The translations under genes were made by a program, and so were the position numbers. Below are positions 1 through 9,959 of a stretch of 64,000 nt of DNA, one piece after another; within the stretch, counting starts at the first letter, position 1; the number at the start of each line of letters is the position of its first letter. The stretch covers positions 680-64,679 of the forward strand of contig JAGAUI010000008.1 in assembly GCA_017620815.1 (NCBI GenBank), written 5' to 3'. The notes under the pieces were generated by a model that made no database searches, was not told where the DNA came from, and worked only from the letters and a program-made list of their open reading frames with translations. Origin of the DNA: Flavobacteriales bacterium. GTDB lineage: Bacteria; Bacteroidota; Bacteroidia; Flavobacteriales; UBA1820.

Positions 1-949
1 GGCTATTGGCACGGGCTGTAAGATGACGCAATTCGGCGTAGCGTTCAGCCAATTTTTCTGATGGCACACCCTTATCTACCTCTTTATCCTCATCCATACC
101 CTTGATTTTATCAAGCAATTTCTGTGCTTTGACAGAATATTCACTAGGCATAATAGCCACAGCAGAAGGGAATGCAAGACCAGTAAGAAGACCCGCAATA
201 GTAGCGTGAACACCAGATGTCAAGAATTGTGTCCAAACAACTAGGATGCCGACCGCATAGTAGAAGAATTTGGTGCGATTGTGCATCATATTGGCTACAA
301 AGAGGATTATTACACCCACTAGACCAAATGCCAACGCCTGGAAGTTAAGATGGTCTGTATAGAATATAGCTATGACAAGCATAGCTCCTATGTCATCGGC
401 TACAGCTAGAGCCATAAGAAATACCTTAAGAGATATAGGTACTTGTTTTACAAGTAGCGACATCACAGCTAGAGAAAATGCTATATCGGTAGCGGTAGGA
501 ATACCCCAACCACGCATAGCCAAATCATGTTCACCTGTTGCCACCACCATCGCTACATATATAAGAGCAGGAACCAACATTCCCCCAACAGCAGCGCCTA
601 CTGGAAGTATAGCTTTCTTAAATGAAGATAGTTTACCTACCAATATCTCTCTCTTAATTTCCAGACCTATACTGAAAAAGAAAATAGCCATCAAAAAGTC
701 ATTGACTAAAAGCTCAAGGCTCTTGATAGTAAAGGTCATAAAATAAGTTACTTTTTGCACCTCTACTCCATTTTCCAGTATAGTTTCTATGTGAGGAGCA
801 AGGTTAATGGTATGAGGGTGTCCCCATACGTAATGGTAGCTTTCAGGAGACACATTTGCCCAAATGAACGCTGCCACAGCCGATAAAAATAGCAGTGCCC
901 CACCAAATGTAGAACTCATAGCTATCTCTTTTACTTTTTTATAGGTCAT
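1..949 (-). CDS. nhaA: Na+/H+ antiporter NhaA (3' end runs off the left edge of the window)
   Basis: Not in the ORF track. Manual translation from ATG at 949 gives NDFLMAIFFFSIGLEIKRE, GWGIPTATDIAF and LAVADDIGA, which are NhaA signature motifs. Confidence 0.93.
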   Translation of the reverse strand, partial: MTYKKVKEIAMSSTFGGALLFLSAVAAFIWANVSPESYHYVWGHPHTINLAPHIETILENGVEVQKVTYFMTFTIKSLELLVNDFLMAIFFFSIGLEIKREILVGKLSSFKKAILPVGAAVGGMLVPALIYVAMVVATGEHDLAMRGWGIPTATDIAFSLAVMSLLVKQVPISLKVFLMALAVADDIGAMLVIAIFYTDHLNFQALAFGLVGVIILFVANMMHNRTKFFYYAVGILVVWTQFLTSGVHATIAGLLTGLAFPSAVAIMPSEYSVKAQKLLDKIKGMDEDKEVDKGVPSEKLAERYAELRHLTARANS

Positions 950-1035
950 AATCGTTCCCTTAACGGGTGTTTGTAGTTAATAGTTAATATTTTATATTTT
1001 CATCATGTTTATATGATGTGCATATCAATCTTTCG

Positions 1036-1043
1036 CAAAGATA
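1036..1043 (-). promoter_or_regulatory. Bacteroidota primary-sigma -7 box (TATCTTTG) for nhaA
   Basis: Matches TAnnTTTG in the intergenic region, about 87 nt upstream of the nhaA ATG. Confidence 0.6.
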
Positions 1044-1091
1044 CAGACAAATGTCCAAAAAGAATAAAAAAAGTATTTAATTTTCACTTAT

Positions 1092-2384
1092 TTATTCCAT
1101 CATTCGCATTAGGTCCTGCCCTATATCACGACGGCAGTATTTGCCTTCATATGATATTTTTTCAATGTTTCCATAGCTCTTTTTAAGAGCCTCACGGAAA
1201 TCCTCATCATATGAAGTAACACACAGCACACGACCTCCAGCTGTTACTATCTCGCCATTTTCATTAAGAGCTGTTCCCGAATGGAATACTATGCTGTTTT
1301 CATCCACTGCATCAAGACCTTTAATTACTTTTCCTTTTTCGTATGCTTCTGGGTATCCTCCACTTACCAGTACCACCGTAACAGCTGCACGAGAATCTAT
1401 ATGAAAATCCACTTCGCCAAGACGTCCCTGTGATGCAGCCCATAGAGCCTCCAGCAAGTCGCTTTCTACACGAGGGATAACAGCTTCGGTTTCTGGGTCT
1501 CCCATACGCACGTTATACTCTATAACCTTTGGAGTACCATCTACATTTATAAGCCCAAAGAATACAAATCCAGTATAAACTATACCGTCCTTTTCAAGAC
1601 CTTCTACCGTAGGACGCACTATGGTATCCTCTATCTTTTTCATAAATGCTTCATCGGCAAAAGGTACAGGGGATACAGCACCCATACCGCCAGTATTAAG
1701 ACCAGTATCGCCTTCGCCTATGCGTTTATAGTCTTTGGCTGTAGGGAGCAGTTTATAGTCTTTACCATCTGTTATAGCAAATACCGAAAGCTCTATACCA
1801 GATAGAAATTCTTCTATCACCACCTTGGCAGATGCCTGTCCAAATTTTGCATCGAGTATCATCTCTCGTAGAGATGCTTTGGCCGTAGCGGCATCGGGAA
1901 TGATAAGCACACCTTTACCTGCTGCCAATCCATCGGCTTTAAGCACATAAGGAGCTTTAAGGCTATCTATAAAAGCATCGGCTTCGTCTATATTTTCTTC
2001 TGTAAAGCTGCGATATGCAGCAGTAGGTATGCCATGACGCATCATAAACTCTTTGGCATATTCTTTACTTCCTTCCAGACGAGCACCTTCGCGGGATGGG
2101 CCAAAAACACCTACATGGGATATCTCTTTATCACCTTTTATAAAATCATATATGCCATTTACCAAAGGGTCTTCTGGGCCTACCACCACAAATTTTATAT
2201 CATTTTCTATGATAGCTTTTTTTATAGAATCAAAATCTGTAACCTTGATAGGTAGATTTTCTCCCAACGAAAGCATACCTGCATTCCCCGGAGCTATAAA
2301 TAGCTTATCACACATAGGGCTCTGTGCTATTTTCCAAGCCAAAGCATTTTCACGGCCACCTGAGCCTAATATCAATACGTTCAT
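1092..2384 (-). CDS. purD: phosphoribosylamine--glycine ligase
   Basis: Motifs GSGGRE, KADGLAAGKGV and NTGGMGA; 430 aa. Confidence 0.97.
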   Translation of the reverse strand: MNVLILGSGGRENALAWKIAQSPMCDKLFIAPGNAGMLSLGENLPIKVTDFDSIKKAIIENDIKFVVVGPEDPLVNGIYDFIKGDKEISHVGVFGPSREGARLEGSKEYAKEFMMRHGIPTAAYRSFTEENIDEADAFIDSLKAPYVLKADGLAAGKGVLIIPDAATAKASLREMILDAKFGQASAKVVIEEFLSGIELSVFAITDGKDYKLLPTAKDYKRIGEGDTGLNTGGMGAVSPVPFADEAFMKKIEDTIVRPTVEGLEKDGIVYTGFVFFGLINVDGTPKVIEYNVRMGDPETEAVIPRVESDLLEALWAASQGRLGEVDFHIDSRAAVTVVLVSGGYPEAYEKGKVIKGLDAVDENSIVFHSGTALNENGEIVTAGGRVLCVTSYDEDFREALKKSYGNIEKISYEGKYCRRDIGQDLMRMME

Positions 2385-2385
2385 C

Positions 2386-3894
2386 TTATAGTGTTTTAAT
2401 GTTACTTTCTATTATATACTGGGACATAGAGTCGGCTATACGGCGGTCATTGGATAGACGAGGGAGTTTATTCTGCCCCCCTAGCCGTCCTACCGATTTC
2501 ATATAAGCATCAAATGCTCCTTTACTTACCGAACTTATCACCGCCTCTCTTAATATCTTACCTTCTATAAGGTCTTTGTAATATACATTCTGCTTCTGCA
2601 TCTCTTCATCTACACATCTAGCAAAATCCTGTAAATCTACCGTCTTTTCAAACTCCACCACCCACTCATGATATGGCAACCCCTCACTAGGTGTTACCAT
2701 AGGAGCAACGGTAAATTCTCTTACTATGGCTCCTGTCTTGCTACATGCTACACCGATGGCCTGCTCCACTTCCTTGCCTATCACATGCTCTCCAAATGCC
2801 GATGTAAAATGTGCCACACGTCCTGTTACACGTACACGATATGGTTTTCTGGAAGTGAACATGACGGTATCTCCTATGCTGTATGCCCATAGACCGCTAT
2901 CGGTAGTGAGGATAACGGCATAGTTAACACCTTCTTCCACTTCCCATAGAGGCAAACGTCGAGCATTTGCAGTGCCATACTCCTCTACAGGTATAAACTC
3001 ATAAAATATCCCCGAATGTACCTCTAGGAGCATATCATCTGCATTGGGAGAGTCGGATGCTGCTATGAAACCCTCGCTAGCGGGATAAGTTTGGAGGATA
3101 TCTACCTTACGACCTATCATCTCTTCAAACCTCACACGATATGGCTCATAGCTCACACCACCTGTTACCATCAATGAAAAATGAGGATAAAGTTCCCCTA
3201 TCTTTTTACCACTACGGCTCATAAGACGTTCAAAATACATCTGCAACCACGATGGTATGCCAGATATAAGTGTCATGTTCTCCCCTACAGTTTCATCTAC
3301 CACTGCCTCCACCTTTCTTTCCCAGTCTTCTATGCAGTTGGTAGAGAACGAAGGTTTGCGATTAGATTGGAGGTATGCAGGGACATGATGTGCCACTATA
3401 CCCGATAGACGTCCTATCTTTATACCGTTTTTCTCCTCCAGAGCAGGACTACCTTGCAAGAAAATCATCTTGCCTCCCACATAATCTATATTTCCTGTTT
3501 TAAGAATATAACGCAACAGCATATTGCGGGTGGATTTTATCTGATGACGTAATCCACAGCTGGTAAGAGGTATGTACTTACTACCCGACGTTGTCCCCGA
3601 AGTCTTGGCAAAATAAGCAGGGCGTCCGGGATATAGCACGTCTTTCTCTCCCGATGCTATGCGTTCTATATATGGTCGCAAATCATCATATGTGACCACT
3701 GGGACATTACCCCTATACGCTTCATAGTCATGTATCCTATCCATAGAATGTTCACGACCATACACCGTACGTGAGGCTTTTTTAAGTAGTCTAGATAGCA
3801 CATCACGTTGTGCATCATGAGGAGAGTCATAATACTTCTTCTCCCTAGATAACACCACGCGAGCAAATATTTTTGATAGATATTTCTTCATCAC
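2386..3894 (-). CDS. GH3 (auxin-responsive promoter) family acyl-adenylate/amido synthetase-like protein
   Basis: Motifs TSGTTSGSKYIP, YPASEGF, YSIGD and C-terminal GGQNKLPRL. Confidence 0.88.
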   Translation of the reverse strand: MMKKYLSKIFARVVLSREKKYYDSPHDAQRDVLSRLLKKASRTVYGREHSMDRIHDYEAYRGNVPVVTYDDLRPYIERIASGEKDVLYPGRPAYFAKTSGTTSGSKYIPLTSCGLRHQIKSTRNMLLRYILKTGNIDYVGGKMIFLQGSPALEEKNGIKIGRLSGIVAHHVPAYLQSNRKPSFSTNCIEDWERKVEAVVDETVGENMTLISGIPSWLQMYFERLMSRSGKKIGELYPHFSLMVTGGVSYEPYRVRFEEMIGRKVDILQTYPASEGFIAASDSPNADDMLLEVHSGIFYEFIPVEEYGTANARRLPLWEVEEGVNYAVILTTDSGLWAYSIGDTVMFTSRKPYRVRVTGRVAHFTSAFGEHVIGKEVEQAIGVACSKTGAIVREFTVAPMVTPSEGLPYHEWVVEFEKTVDLQDFARCVDEEMQKQNVYYKDLIEGKILREAVISSVSKGAFDAYMKSVGRLGGQNKLPRLSNDRRIADSMSQYIIESNIKTL

Positions 3895-4754
3895 ATACCA
3901 AAGTTGATATAGTCTTCAGGATTTACAGACTTACCTTTTATCCATAGTTCAAAATATACCGATGTATTGCTTTTGGCACTAGAACCACTTATGGCTATTT
4001 GTTCACCTTGTGATACACGGTCTCCCACTGACACTGGTATAAGACCTAGGTTTTTATATACCGATATTATGTTTTCGCTGTGCTGAAGGATGACTACATT
4101 GCCTGTCTCTGGAGACCAATCTTTATAGAGAACAGTCCCTGCTAGCGTTGCAAAGACTGGCATATTACTACCCGCATCTAGGGTTATATGACATTCATCG
4201 GTAGTATAGTCATATGGCGTTGTTATCACCGCACCACGCATAGGAGACGAAAAAGAGAGTATATTACGGGATACAGCTGCATTGCGGCGTGCAGCCTCTA
4301 GTTTTTTATCTATGGAATCACGATATACAGAATCACTTGCCGAGGCATATATCTTCTCTCGTGCCACACGAGAGAGTGAGTCCACATATGCCGAATCCTT
4401 AAATTCTTCTACTTTCACCTCTCCAGACACCACATCACGCATAGAAAGTATAAAGACCTCGTTAATGTCTTGACGGGAGGAAAGGGAGTCTAGACGATAT
4501 AACAATTCTGCTGTCTGTCTTCTCAAATGTGGAATATCATCTATAGATATATAAGTTTTAAGGGGGGTATAACGTATGAGTAGAACCGTACCTGCTATAA
4601 GCAGAACAACTATAGTTAGCAGTGAGAAAAACAGGCTTATAGGGCGTAATTTTATAGAAAATATCTCGTGAAACATCTCTTCGTCAAACAAAATGAATTT
4701 AAGACGAGATGTAAATCTTCTTTTAAGTCTTTTGAAAAAACCTACCTTTTTCAT
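3891..4754 (-). CDS. membrane-anchored M23 peptidase-like protein (probably catalytically degenerate)
   Basis: N-terminal TM helix, coiled coil, and M23 C-terminal fold motifs (GNVVILQH, VGDRVSQGEQIA, FELW...VNP). The HxxxD and HxH Zn motifs are not intact. Confidence 0.75.
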   Translation of the reverse strand: MKKVGFFKRLKRRFTSRLKFILFDEEMFHEIFSIKLRPISLFFSLLTIVVLLIAGTVLLIRYTPLKTYISIDDIPHLRRQTAELLYRLDSLSSRQDINEVFILSMRDVVSGEVKVEEFKDSAYVDSLSRVAREKIYASASDSVYRDSIDKKLEAARRNAAVSRNILSFSSPMRGAVITTPYDYTTDECHITLDAGSNMPVFATLAGTVLYKDWSPETGNVVILQHSENIISVYKNLGLIPVSVGDRVSQGEQIAISGSSAKSNTSVYFELWIKGKSVNPEDYINFGM

Positions 4755-4840
4755 GAGCCAAATATATACTACCTTATAATCTACAAAGATAGTAAATACC
4801 TGCCAATAAAATATCTTAAAGAGATTATAAAAGCGACATT

Positions 4841-5506
4841 TTATCTCTTTTTATTTATAGACTTCAATGCCTTCTCTCCTACTATAGTTGCAGTGATGAT
4901 ATCTTTGGATAAATCTAGAGAACGTGCCGGCGAATACTCACGTCCATAATAAATCATTTGAAGGTGAAGGTCATGCCATTTGTGGGGAGGGAATAGACGT
5001 TTGGCATCGCGTTCTGTCTGCTCTACGTTTTTTCCCGAAGTAAATCCCCATCGTGTCATCAAGCGATGTATGTGTGTATCTACAGGAAAAGCCTCATAAC
5101 CAAACGCTTGAGACATAAGAACCGATGCCGTTTTATGTCCCACTCCGGGCAGTGATTCCAGCTCTTCAAACGTGCGTGGAACCTGACCTTTATATTTATC
5201 TACCAGTATCTGGGAGAGAGCCTTGATGTTACGTCCTTTGGTAGGAGAGAGACCCACAGGACGGATAACCTCTATGATACGTTCGGTAGGAATTGTTATC
5301 ATCTCCTCTGGAGTAGAAGCCATTGCAAAAAGTGCAGGAGTGGTTTTGTTTACACGAGCATCTGTACTTTGTGCCGAAAGAAGAACAGCTATAAGAAATG
5401 TATATTCCGATGTATAGTCTAGAGGAATGGCAGGATTTGGATACAACTCTTCTAGTTTATCCATCACATATTTTACCTTTTGTTTCAAGGTCATTCTCAC
5501 TGCCAT
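4841..5506 (-). CDS. nth: endonuclease III (HhH-GPD DNA glycosylase)
   Basis: Motifs LLSAQSTD, LPGVGHKTA and VDTHIHR. Confidence 0.93.
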   Translation of the reverse strand: MAVRMTLKQKVKYVMDKLEELYPNPAIPLDYTSEYTFLIAVLLSAQSTDARVNKTTPALFAMASTPEEMITIPTERIIEVIRPVGLSPTKGRNIKALSQILVDKYKGQVPRTFEELESLPGVGHKTASVLMSQAFGYEAFPVDTHIHRLMTRWGFTSGKNVEQTERDAKRLFPPHKWHDLHLQMIYYGREYSPARSLDLSKDIITATIVGEKALKSINKKR

Positions 5507-5515
5507 ATACCTTAT

Positions 5516-5977
5516 CTATCGTTTTTTAAGTCTATCTAAGTCACGTTTTACATCACGTTCTTTTATAGTTTCTCGTTTATCATATAGTTTTTTACCTCTA
5601 GCTAGTGCTATTTCTAGTTTGGCGAGGCCTGCTTGATTTATAAACAGACGTAAAGGGACTATAGTAAGCCCCTTGTCCTTCACCGAACGCGATAAACGAC
5701 GCAATTCTGTACGGGTGAGTAGCAGTTTACGTTCGCGACGAGAATTATGATTATAATATGTAGCGTGGGAGTATTGGTCTATATTCATATTGATGATATA
5801 TAGCTCCCCCTCGTCTGTCATCTGGCAGAAACTTTCGGCTATGCGACCTTTTCCCTCTCTCAAAGACTTTATCTCGGTGCCACACAGCACGATACCAGCC
5901 GTTAGTTTATCCAGTATTTCATACTCAAAACTAGCACGGCGGTTCTGTATAGAGACGTTTGATGCACGAGATTTCAT
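5516..5977 (-). CDS. smpB: SsrA-binding protein
   Basis: Motifs [21 protein letters not shown] and GKKLYDKRE. Confidence 0.97.
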   Translation of the reverse strand: MKSRASNVSIQNRRASFEYEILDKLTAGIVLCGTEIKSLREGKGRIAESFCQMTDEGELYIINMNIDQYSHATYYNHNSRRERKLLLTRTELRRLSRSVKDKGLTIVPLRLFINQAGLAKLEIALARGKKLYDKRETIKERDVKRDLDRLKKR

Positions 5978-5986
5978 AGATAATGA

Positions 5987-6907
5987 TTATTTATGGGAGA
6001 GAAGTTTTTTACTCTCTCTTTTTTCGCGAATGTTATTAAGAACAGCATTGAGAACTACGGTGAGAAGTATTACTGCTGCACCAGCATAGAAATGAGGCGA
6101 CATACGTTCATCGGCAAATAATATCACAGCCATCACCATAGAATATATAGGCTCCATGTTTATGTTAAGGGTAACGGTAAACGGAGTAAGATAACGGAAG
6201 AGCTGTATCATCTTGACATTGGTAAAGGCGGTACATCCTATCGCCAATGTAAAGATAAGGATAGCATCTTTCATATCTACCTGTGTAAACCCAGCCCAGA
6301 ATCCATCTATAAAAGAGAAAAGAGTCGTTACAACCACTACCGCACCTATCATCTCCCACATGATAACCATTACCGTATCATTGGGCATAGCGGCAGACCA
6401 TTTGCCATTGATGATAGAATAACAAGCCGAAAGAAATGACGCTATAAGAGCTATCACTACCCCGCTTTCCATAGCATCATTTCCATCCACCGAATCACGA
6501 ATAATATATACACCCCCTATCACTATAAGACCTAGTAATACTTCATGAATACGCAATCTACGATGGAAAAATATAGGCTCTAGAAAAGAAGTGAAAAGAG
6601 CTCCTGTGGCGAGCATAGCCATCGTAACGGTAACATTGGCTGTCTTGATAGCCTCAAAAAACGCCACCCAATGCAACCCTATCACACCACCAGATAGTAT
6701 CATCAAGATTAGTTTCTTCCAACCCGGGAAAATAGTATATCCCTTTATCCATACATATAAAAACAGCACTATGAACGTAATACCTGTACGATATACGGTT
6801 ATAGCTGTAGATGGAGTGTCTATATAACGCCCCATTATCCCTGTAAATCCAAATATAAACACTAGCAGATGCAGTGTAAGATATGGTCCTACTTTACTTT
6901 TTGGCAT
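5987..6907 (-). CDS. EamA/DMT family transporter
   Basis: About 10 TM helices with motifs LHWVAFFEAIK and INMEPIY. Start refined to the ATG at 6907 (MPKSK). Confidence 0.88.
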   Translation of the reverse strand: MPKSKVGPYLTLHLLVFIFGFTGIMGRYIDTPSTAITVYRTGITFIVLFLYVWIKGYTIFPGWKKLILMILSGGVIGLHWVAFFEAIKTANVTVTMAMLATGALFTSFLEPIFFHRRLRIHEVLLGLIVIGGVYIIRDSVDGNDAMESGVVIALIASFLSACYSIINGKWSAAMPNDTVMVIMWEMIGAVVVVTTLFSFIDGFWAGFTQVDMKDAILIFTLAIGCTAFTNVKMIQLFRYLTPFTVTLNINMEPIYSMVMAVILFADERMSPHFYAGAAVILLTVVLNAVLNNIREKRESKKLLSHK

Positions 6908-7991
6908 TTTTATAAGTGTAATAAGCAATTATAGTAAATAAAATGTTGGGTATCCATACCCACAGCAATGGGAATGCGTCTGTTCCTTGGGCGGCTATCG
7001 TTTCAAATATACGCAACATAAATAGATATGCAGCCATGAGCGTGATACCTATTGCTATGTTTATACCTGTACCTCCGCGTTTTTTACGGGAACATAACGT
7101 AACGGCTAGAACTGTGAGTATGATGGTAGAAAAAGGCATTGACAAGCGTTTATAGCGTTCTGTTTTAAGAGCTCGCACCCCCGCCGAACCTCTTTCTATT
7201 TCTTTTTCTATGATTTGAGATAGTTCTATGGTATTTTTCTTTTCTCCCACATTTTTCTCCATAGCAAAATCATCTGGAGTAAAAGCAAATGCTGTATCTA
7301 TAGAGTATTCAGACCTTAATCTTTCTGTGCCATCGGGATTTATATCGCGTATAAAACACGTTGTAAGCTTAAAGGTAGATGAGTCTTTATCATAGGAGAT
7401 GTAGTCGGCATTGAGTTTTTTTATCATCACTCCCGTAGAGTCATAAGTCTCTAGAGTAAAACGGTTACCAGTATTGGTTTTGGTACGCCACTCCTGCATA
7501 TAGATTATCTGCCCGGGAGCTATCTGCTTATGGATATTCTGTTTATACTCCTCATCAAAACTCTTTCCTCCCTTGACATACTTCTCTTCAAATGCTAGGC
7601 GGCGTATATTGGAAGAAGGGATGATGAAGTTATTAAACATAAGTGATACCAACGTTATGATTACAGCTCCTATGATATATGGTCTTAAGAATCGGTCATA
7701 TTTAACCCCTGCCGAAAATATAGCTATAATCTCACTTCGTGCTGCAAATTGGGAGGTAAATATAGTCGCTGCTAGAAATACCACAAGCGACATATACATA
7801 CTGCCATAGTATATGCAAAAATCCATATAGTATGTAAGGATATGGGACATAGGAGCTTCATAGTTGAGGAATTTGTCTATCTTTTCAGACATATCCACAA
7901 CTATTGCAAGTACCAGTATAATGAGTTCTGTCATTATAAAAGTACCCAGAAAGTTTTTGAGGATGTATCTATCCAGTATCTTAAAACTCAT
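6894..7991 (-). CDS. LptF/LptG family LPS export permease
   Basis: KILDRYI N-terminus, SEIIAIFSAG, 3+3 TM layout around a periplasmic domain, and WIPNILF. Confidence 0.9.
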   Translation of the reverse strand: MSFKILDRYILKNFLGTFIMTELIILVLAIVVDMSEKIDKFLNYEAPMSHILTYYMDFCIYYGSMYMSLVVFLAATIFTSQFAARSEIIAIFSAGVKYDRFLRPYIIGAVIITLVSLMFNNFIIPSSNIRRLAFEEKYVKGGKSFDEEYKQNIHKQIAPGQIIYMQEWRTKTNTGNRFTLETYDSTGVMIKKLNADYISYDKDSSTFKLTTCFIRDINPDGTERLRSEYSIDTAFAFTPDDFAMEKNVGEKKNTIELSQIIEKEIERGSAGVRALKTERYKRLSMPFSTIILTVLAVTLCSRKKRGGTGINIAIGITLMAAYLFMLRIFETIAAQGTDAFPLLWVWIPNILFTIIAYYTYKNAKK

Positions 7992-8000
7992 ATCCTTTAT

Positions 8001-9131
8001 TTATAGACGATTACTCATTTTTCTTACCATCATATCTTTCCACGCTGCAAAATCCCCAGCCAATATATGTTCTCTCGCCTCGCGTACAAGCCATAGATAG
8101 AAACCTAGATTGTGGATAGATGCTATCTGTTTACCTAGGAATTCCTCGGCAGTGAAAAGATGACGCAGGTAAGCCTTACTATATGCTGTATCCACCCAAG
8201 TGATACCCATAGGGTCTATAGGAGAGAAATCATCTGCCCATTTTTTATTTTTGATATTGATACTACCTTCGCTAGTGAAAAGCATACCATTACGAGCATT
8301 GCGAGTAGGCATAACACAATCCATCATATCTATACCCAATGCTATGTTTTCTAGTATATTGATAGGGGTACCTACACCCATTAGATAACGTGGTTTATCC
8401 TGTGGGAGTATTCCACACACCAGTTCCACCATTTCATACATCACTTCATGGGGTTCTCCTACCGAAAGTCCTCCTATCGCATTACCATCTGCCCCTACCG
8501 ATGCTATCTTTTCTGCCGAAATAGTCCTCAAATCCATATATGTAGAACCTTGTACTATGGGGAAAAGTGACTGCTTGTAGCCGTAAAGTTCTGGATTTTG
8601 TGATAGATAATCCACACATCTATCCAACCAACGATGTGTCATTCCCATAGATGCACGAGCATATGAATAATCACAAGGATATGGAGTACACTCATCAAAT
8701 GCCATTATAATATCGGCACCTATCTTACGTTCTATCTCCATAACGCTTTCGGGAGAGAAAAAGTGAAGACTGCCGTCTATATGGGATTTGAATTTAACTC
8801 CTTCTTCTTTTATCTTGCGGGTAGATGATAGCGAATAAACTTGGTAACCACCACTATCGGTAAGGATAGGACGCTCCCAACCTATGAAACGATGCAATCC
8901 TCCTGCCTTCTGGAGAATATCTGTCCCGGGGCGTAAATACAGATGATATGTATTACCCAATATTATACGGGCATCTATATCATCACGCAATTCACGTTGG
9001 TGGACACCTTTTACACTACCCACTGTACCTACTGGCATAAATATAGGCGTAGGTATATCTCCATGAGCTGTAGATATAACTCCTGCTCTGGCCGATGAAT
9101 GTGGGTCTTTTTTATTTATCTCAAATTTCAT
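8001..9131 (-). CDS. tgt: tRNA-guanine transglycosylase
   Basis: Motifs TPIFMPVGT, LGNTYHL, TDSGGYQ and DCVMPTRNAR. Confidence 0.97.
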   Translation of the reverse strand: MKFEINKKDPHSSARAGVISTAHGDIPTPIFMPVGTVGSVKGVHQRELRDDIDARIILGNTYHLYLRPGTDILQKAGGLHRFIGWERPILTDSGGYQVYSLSSTRKIKEEGVKFKSHIDGSLHFFSPESVMEIERKIGADIIMAFDECTPYPCDYSYARASMGMTHRWLDRCVDYLSQNPELYGYKQSLFPIVQGSTYMDLRTISAEKIASVGADGNAIGGLSVGEPHEVMYEMVELVCGILPQDKPRYLMGVGTPINILENIALGIDMMDCVMPTRNARNGMLFTSEGSINIKNKKWADDFSPIDPMGITWVDTAYSKAYLRHLFTAEEFLGKQIASIHNLGFYLWLVREAREHILAGDFAAWKDMMVRKMSNRL

Positions 9132-9200
9132 AAATCTATATTCTATCCAAACTCTGCAAAGATAGTGATTTTGTCGTAGAGAATATGCCTCTTTTCTACC

Positions 9201-9392
9201 CTAGCTTTTATTTACTTTGTTCTTTTTTTCCTTATGACGATAATACAGCACTATTATGAGTATTGCCACTATTACAGCTAATGGATAAACACTCACCATA
9301 TACAGAGATGCAGCTACTGCTACACCCCATAGAAACGTACGAGGAGAAAACCATAACCACACCACTACTAGAACTATGAGAGCTGCTATCAT
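9201..9392 (-). CDS. small hydrophobic membrane protein
   Basis: 63 aa, hydrophobic with a basic tail, starting 2 nt after the stop of the upstream ORF. Confidence 0.55.
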   Translation of the reverse strand: MIAALIVLVVVWLWFSPRTFLWGVAVAASLYMVSVYPLAVIVAILIIVLYYRHKEKKNKVNKS

Positions 9393-9394
9393 TA

Positions 9395-9775
9395 TTACCT
9401 ATCGGGATATAATTCGTCTAGTATGGCGAGTCTTTTCTGCCACTTGTTCCACGAACGTTTATATGTGTTCATCACACATCGACTCATGCTATAACGCAAG
9501 ACACACATCTCGTCATCAACTCTTTCTGTTACCCTTAAAAGTGGCAGTACGAGGTCTGTATAACGAGTAATGATTGCTCCACGTGGTACGCTACGGGCAT
9601 ATTCTATCTCTAGTATTGAAAGATAGACATCGGCAGCGGCATTTTTATCTCCTTCAGCAATTAGAGATTTGGCTTCGCTTTCTTTTTCTGGGTAATAGAT
9701 TTTTATCCCACCTCTCTTTTTAAGGTAAGCTCCCACTATCACCAATGCCGATACTATGATTACAAGTGTTATCAC
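9395..9775 (-). CDS. hypothetical protein with N-terminal membrane anchor
   Basis: 126-aa ORF with a GTG start, preceded by a TACATTTG -7 box at about 9795-9802 (minus strand). Confidence 0.6.
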   Translation of the reverse strand: MITLVIIVSALVIVGAYLKKRGGIKIYYPEKESEAKSLIAEGDKNAAADVYLSILEIEYARSVPRGAIITRYTDLVLPLLRVTERVDDEMCVLRYSMSRCVMNTYKRSWNKWQKRLAILDELYPDR

Positions 9776-9859
9776 AATACTTATCTTTTAAATGCAAATG
9801 TAGTTCTTTATATCCTTACATCAAAAAATTACATTATACTTATAACCTTACCCCCAAAA

Positions 9860-9895
9860 ACGCCAGCTCCGCTGGCGTGCCTTCCATGGAAGGCA
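9860..9895. repeat. two abutting GC-rich palindromes (REP-like)
   Basis: ACGCCAGC-tcc-GCTGGCGT directly followed by TGCCTTCC-at-GGAAGGCA in an AT-rich intergenic region. Confidence 0.5.
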
Positions 9896-9910
9896 AACTC
9901 CCTCACATTA

Positions 9911-9943
9911 AAAAATGCGGCTCGCACAGCGAGCCGCATTTTT
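9911..9943. terminator. intrinsic terminator downstream of the amidase gene
   Basis: AAAAATGCGGCTCGC-aca-GCGAGCCGCATTTTT. Confidence 0.85.
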
Positions 9944-9959
9944 CAGATGTCTATTTATT

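Noticed and set aside
372-746. ORF-track 124-aa plus-strand ORF
   Set aside because: It is the antisense shadow of nhaA, which the track missed because nhaA runs off the window edge.
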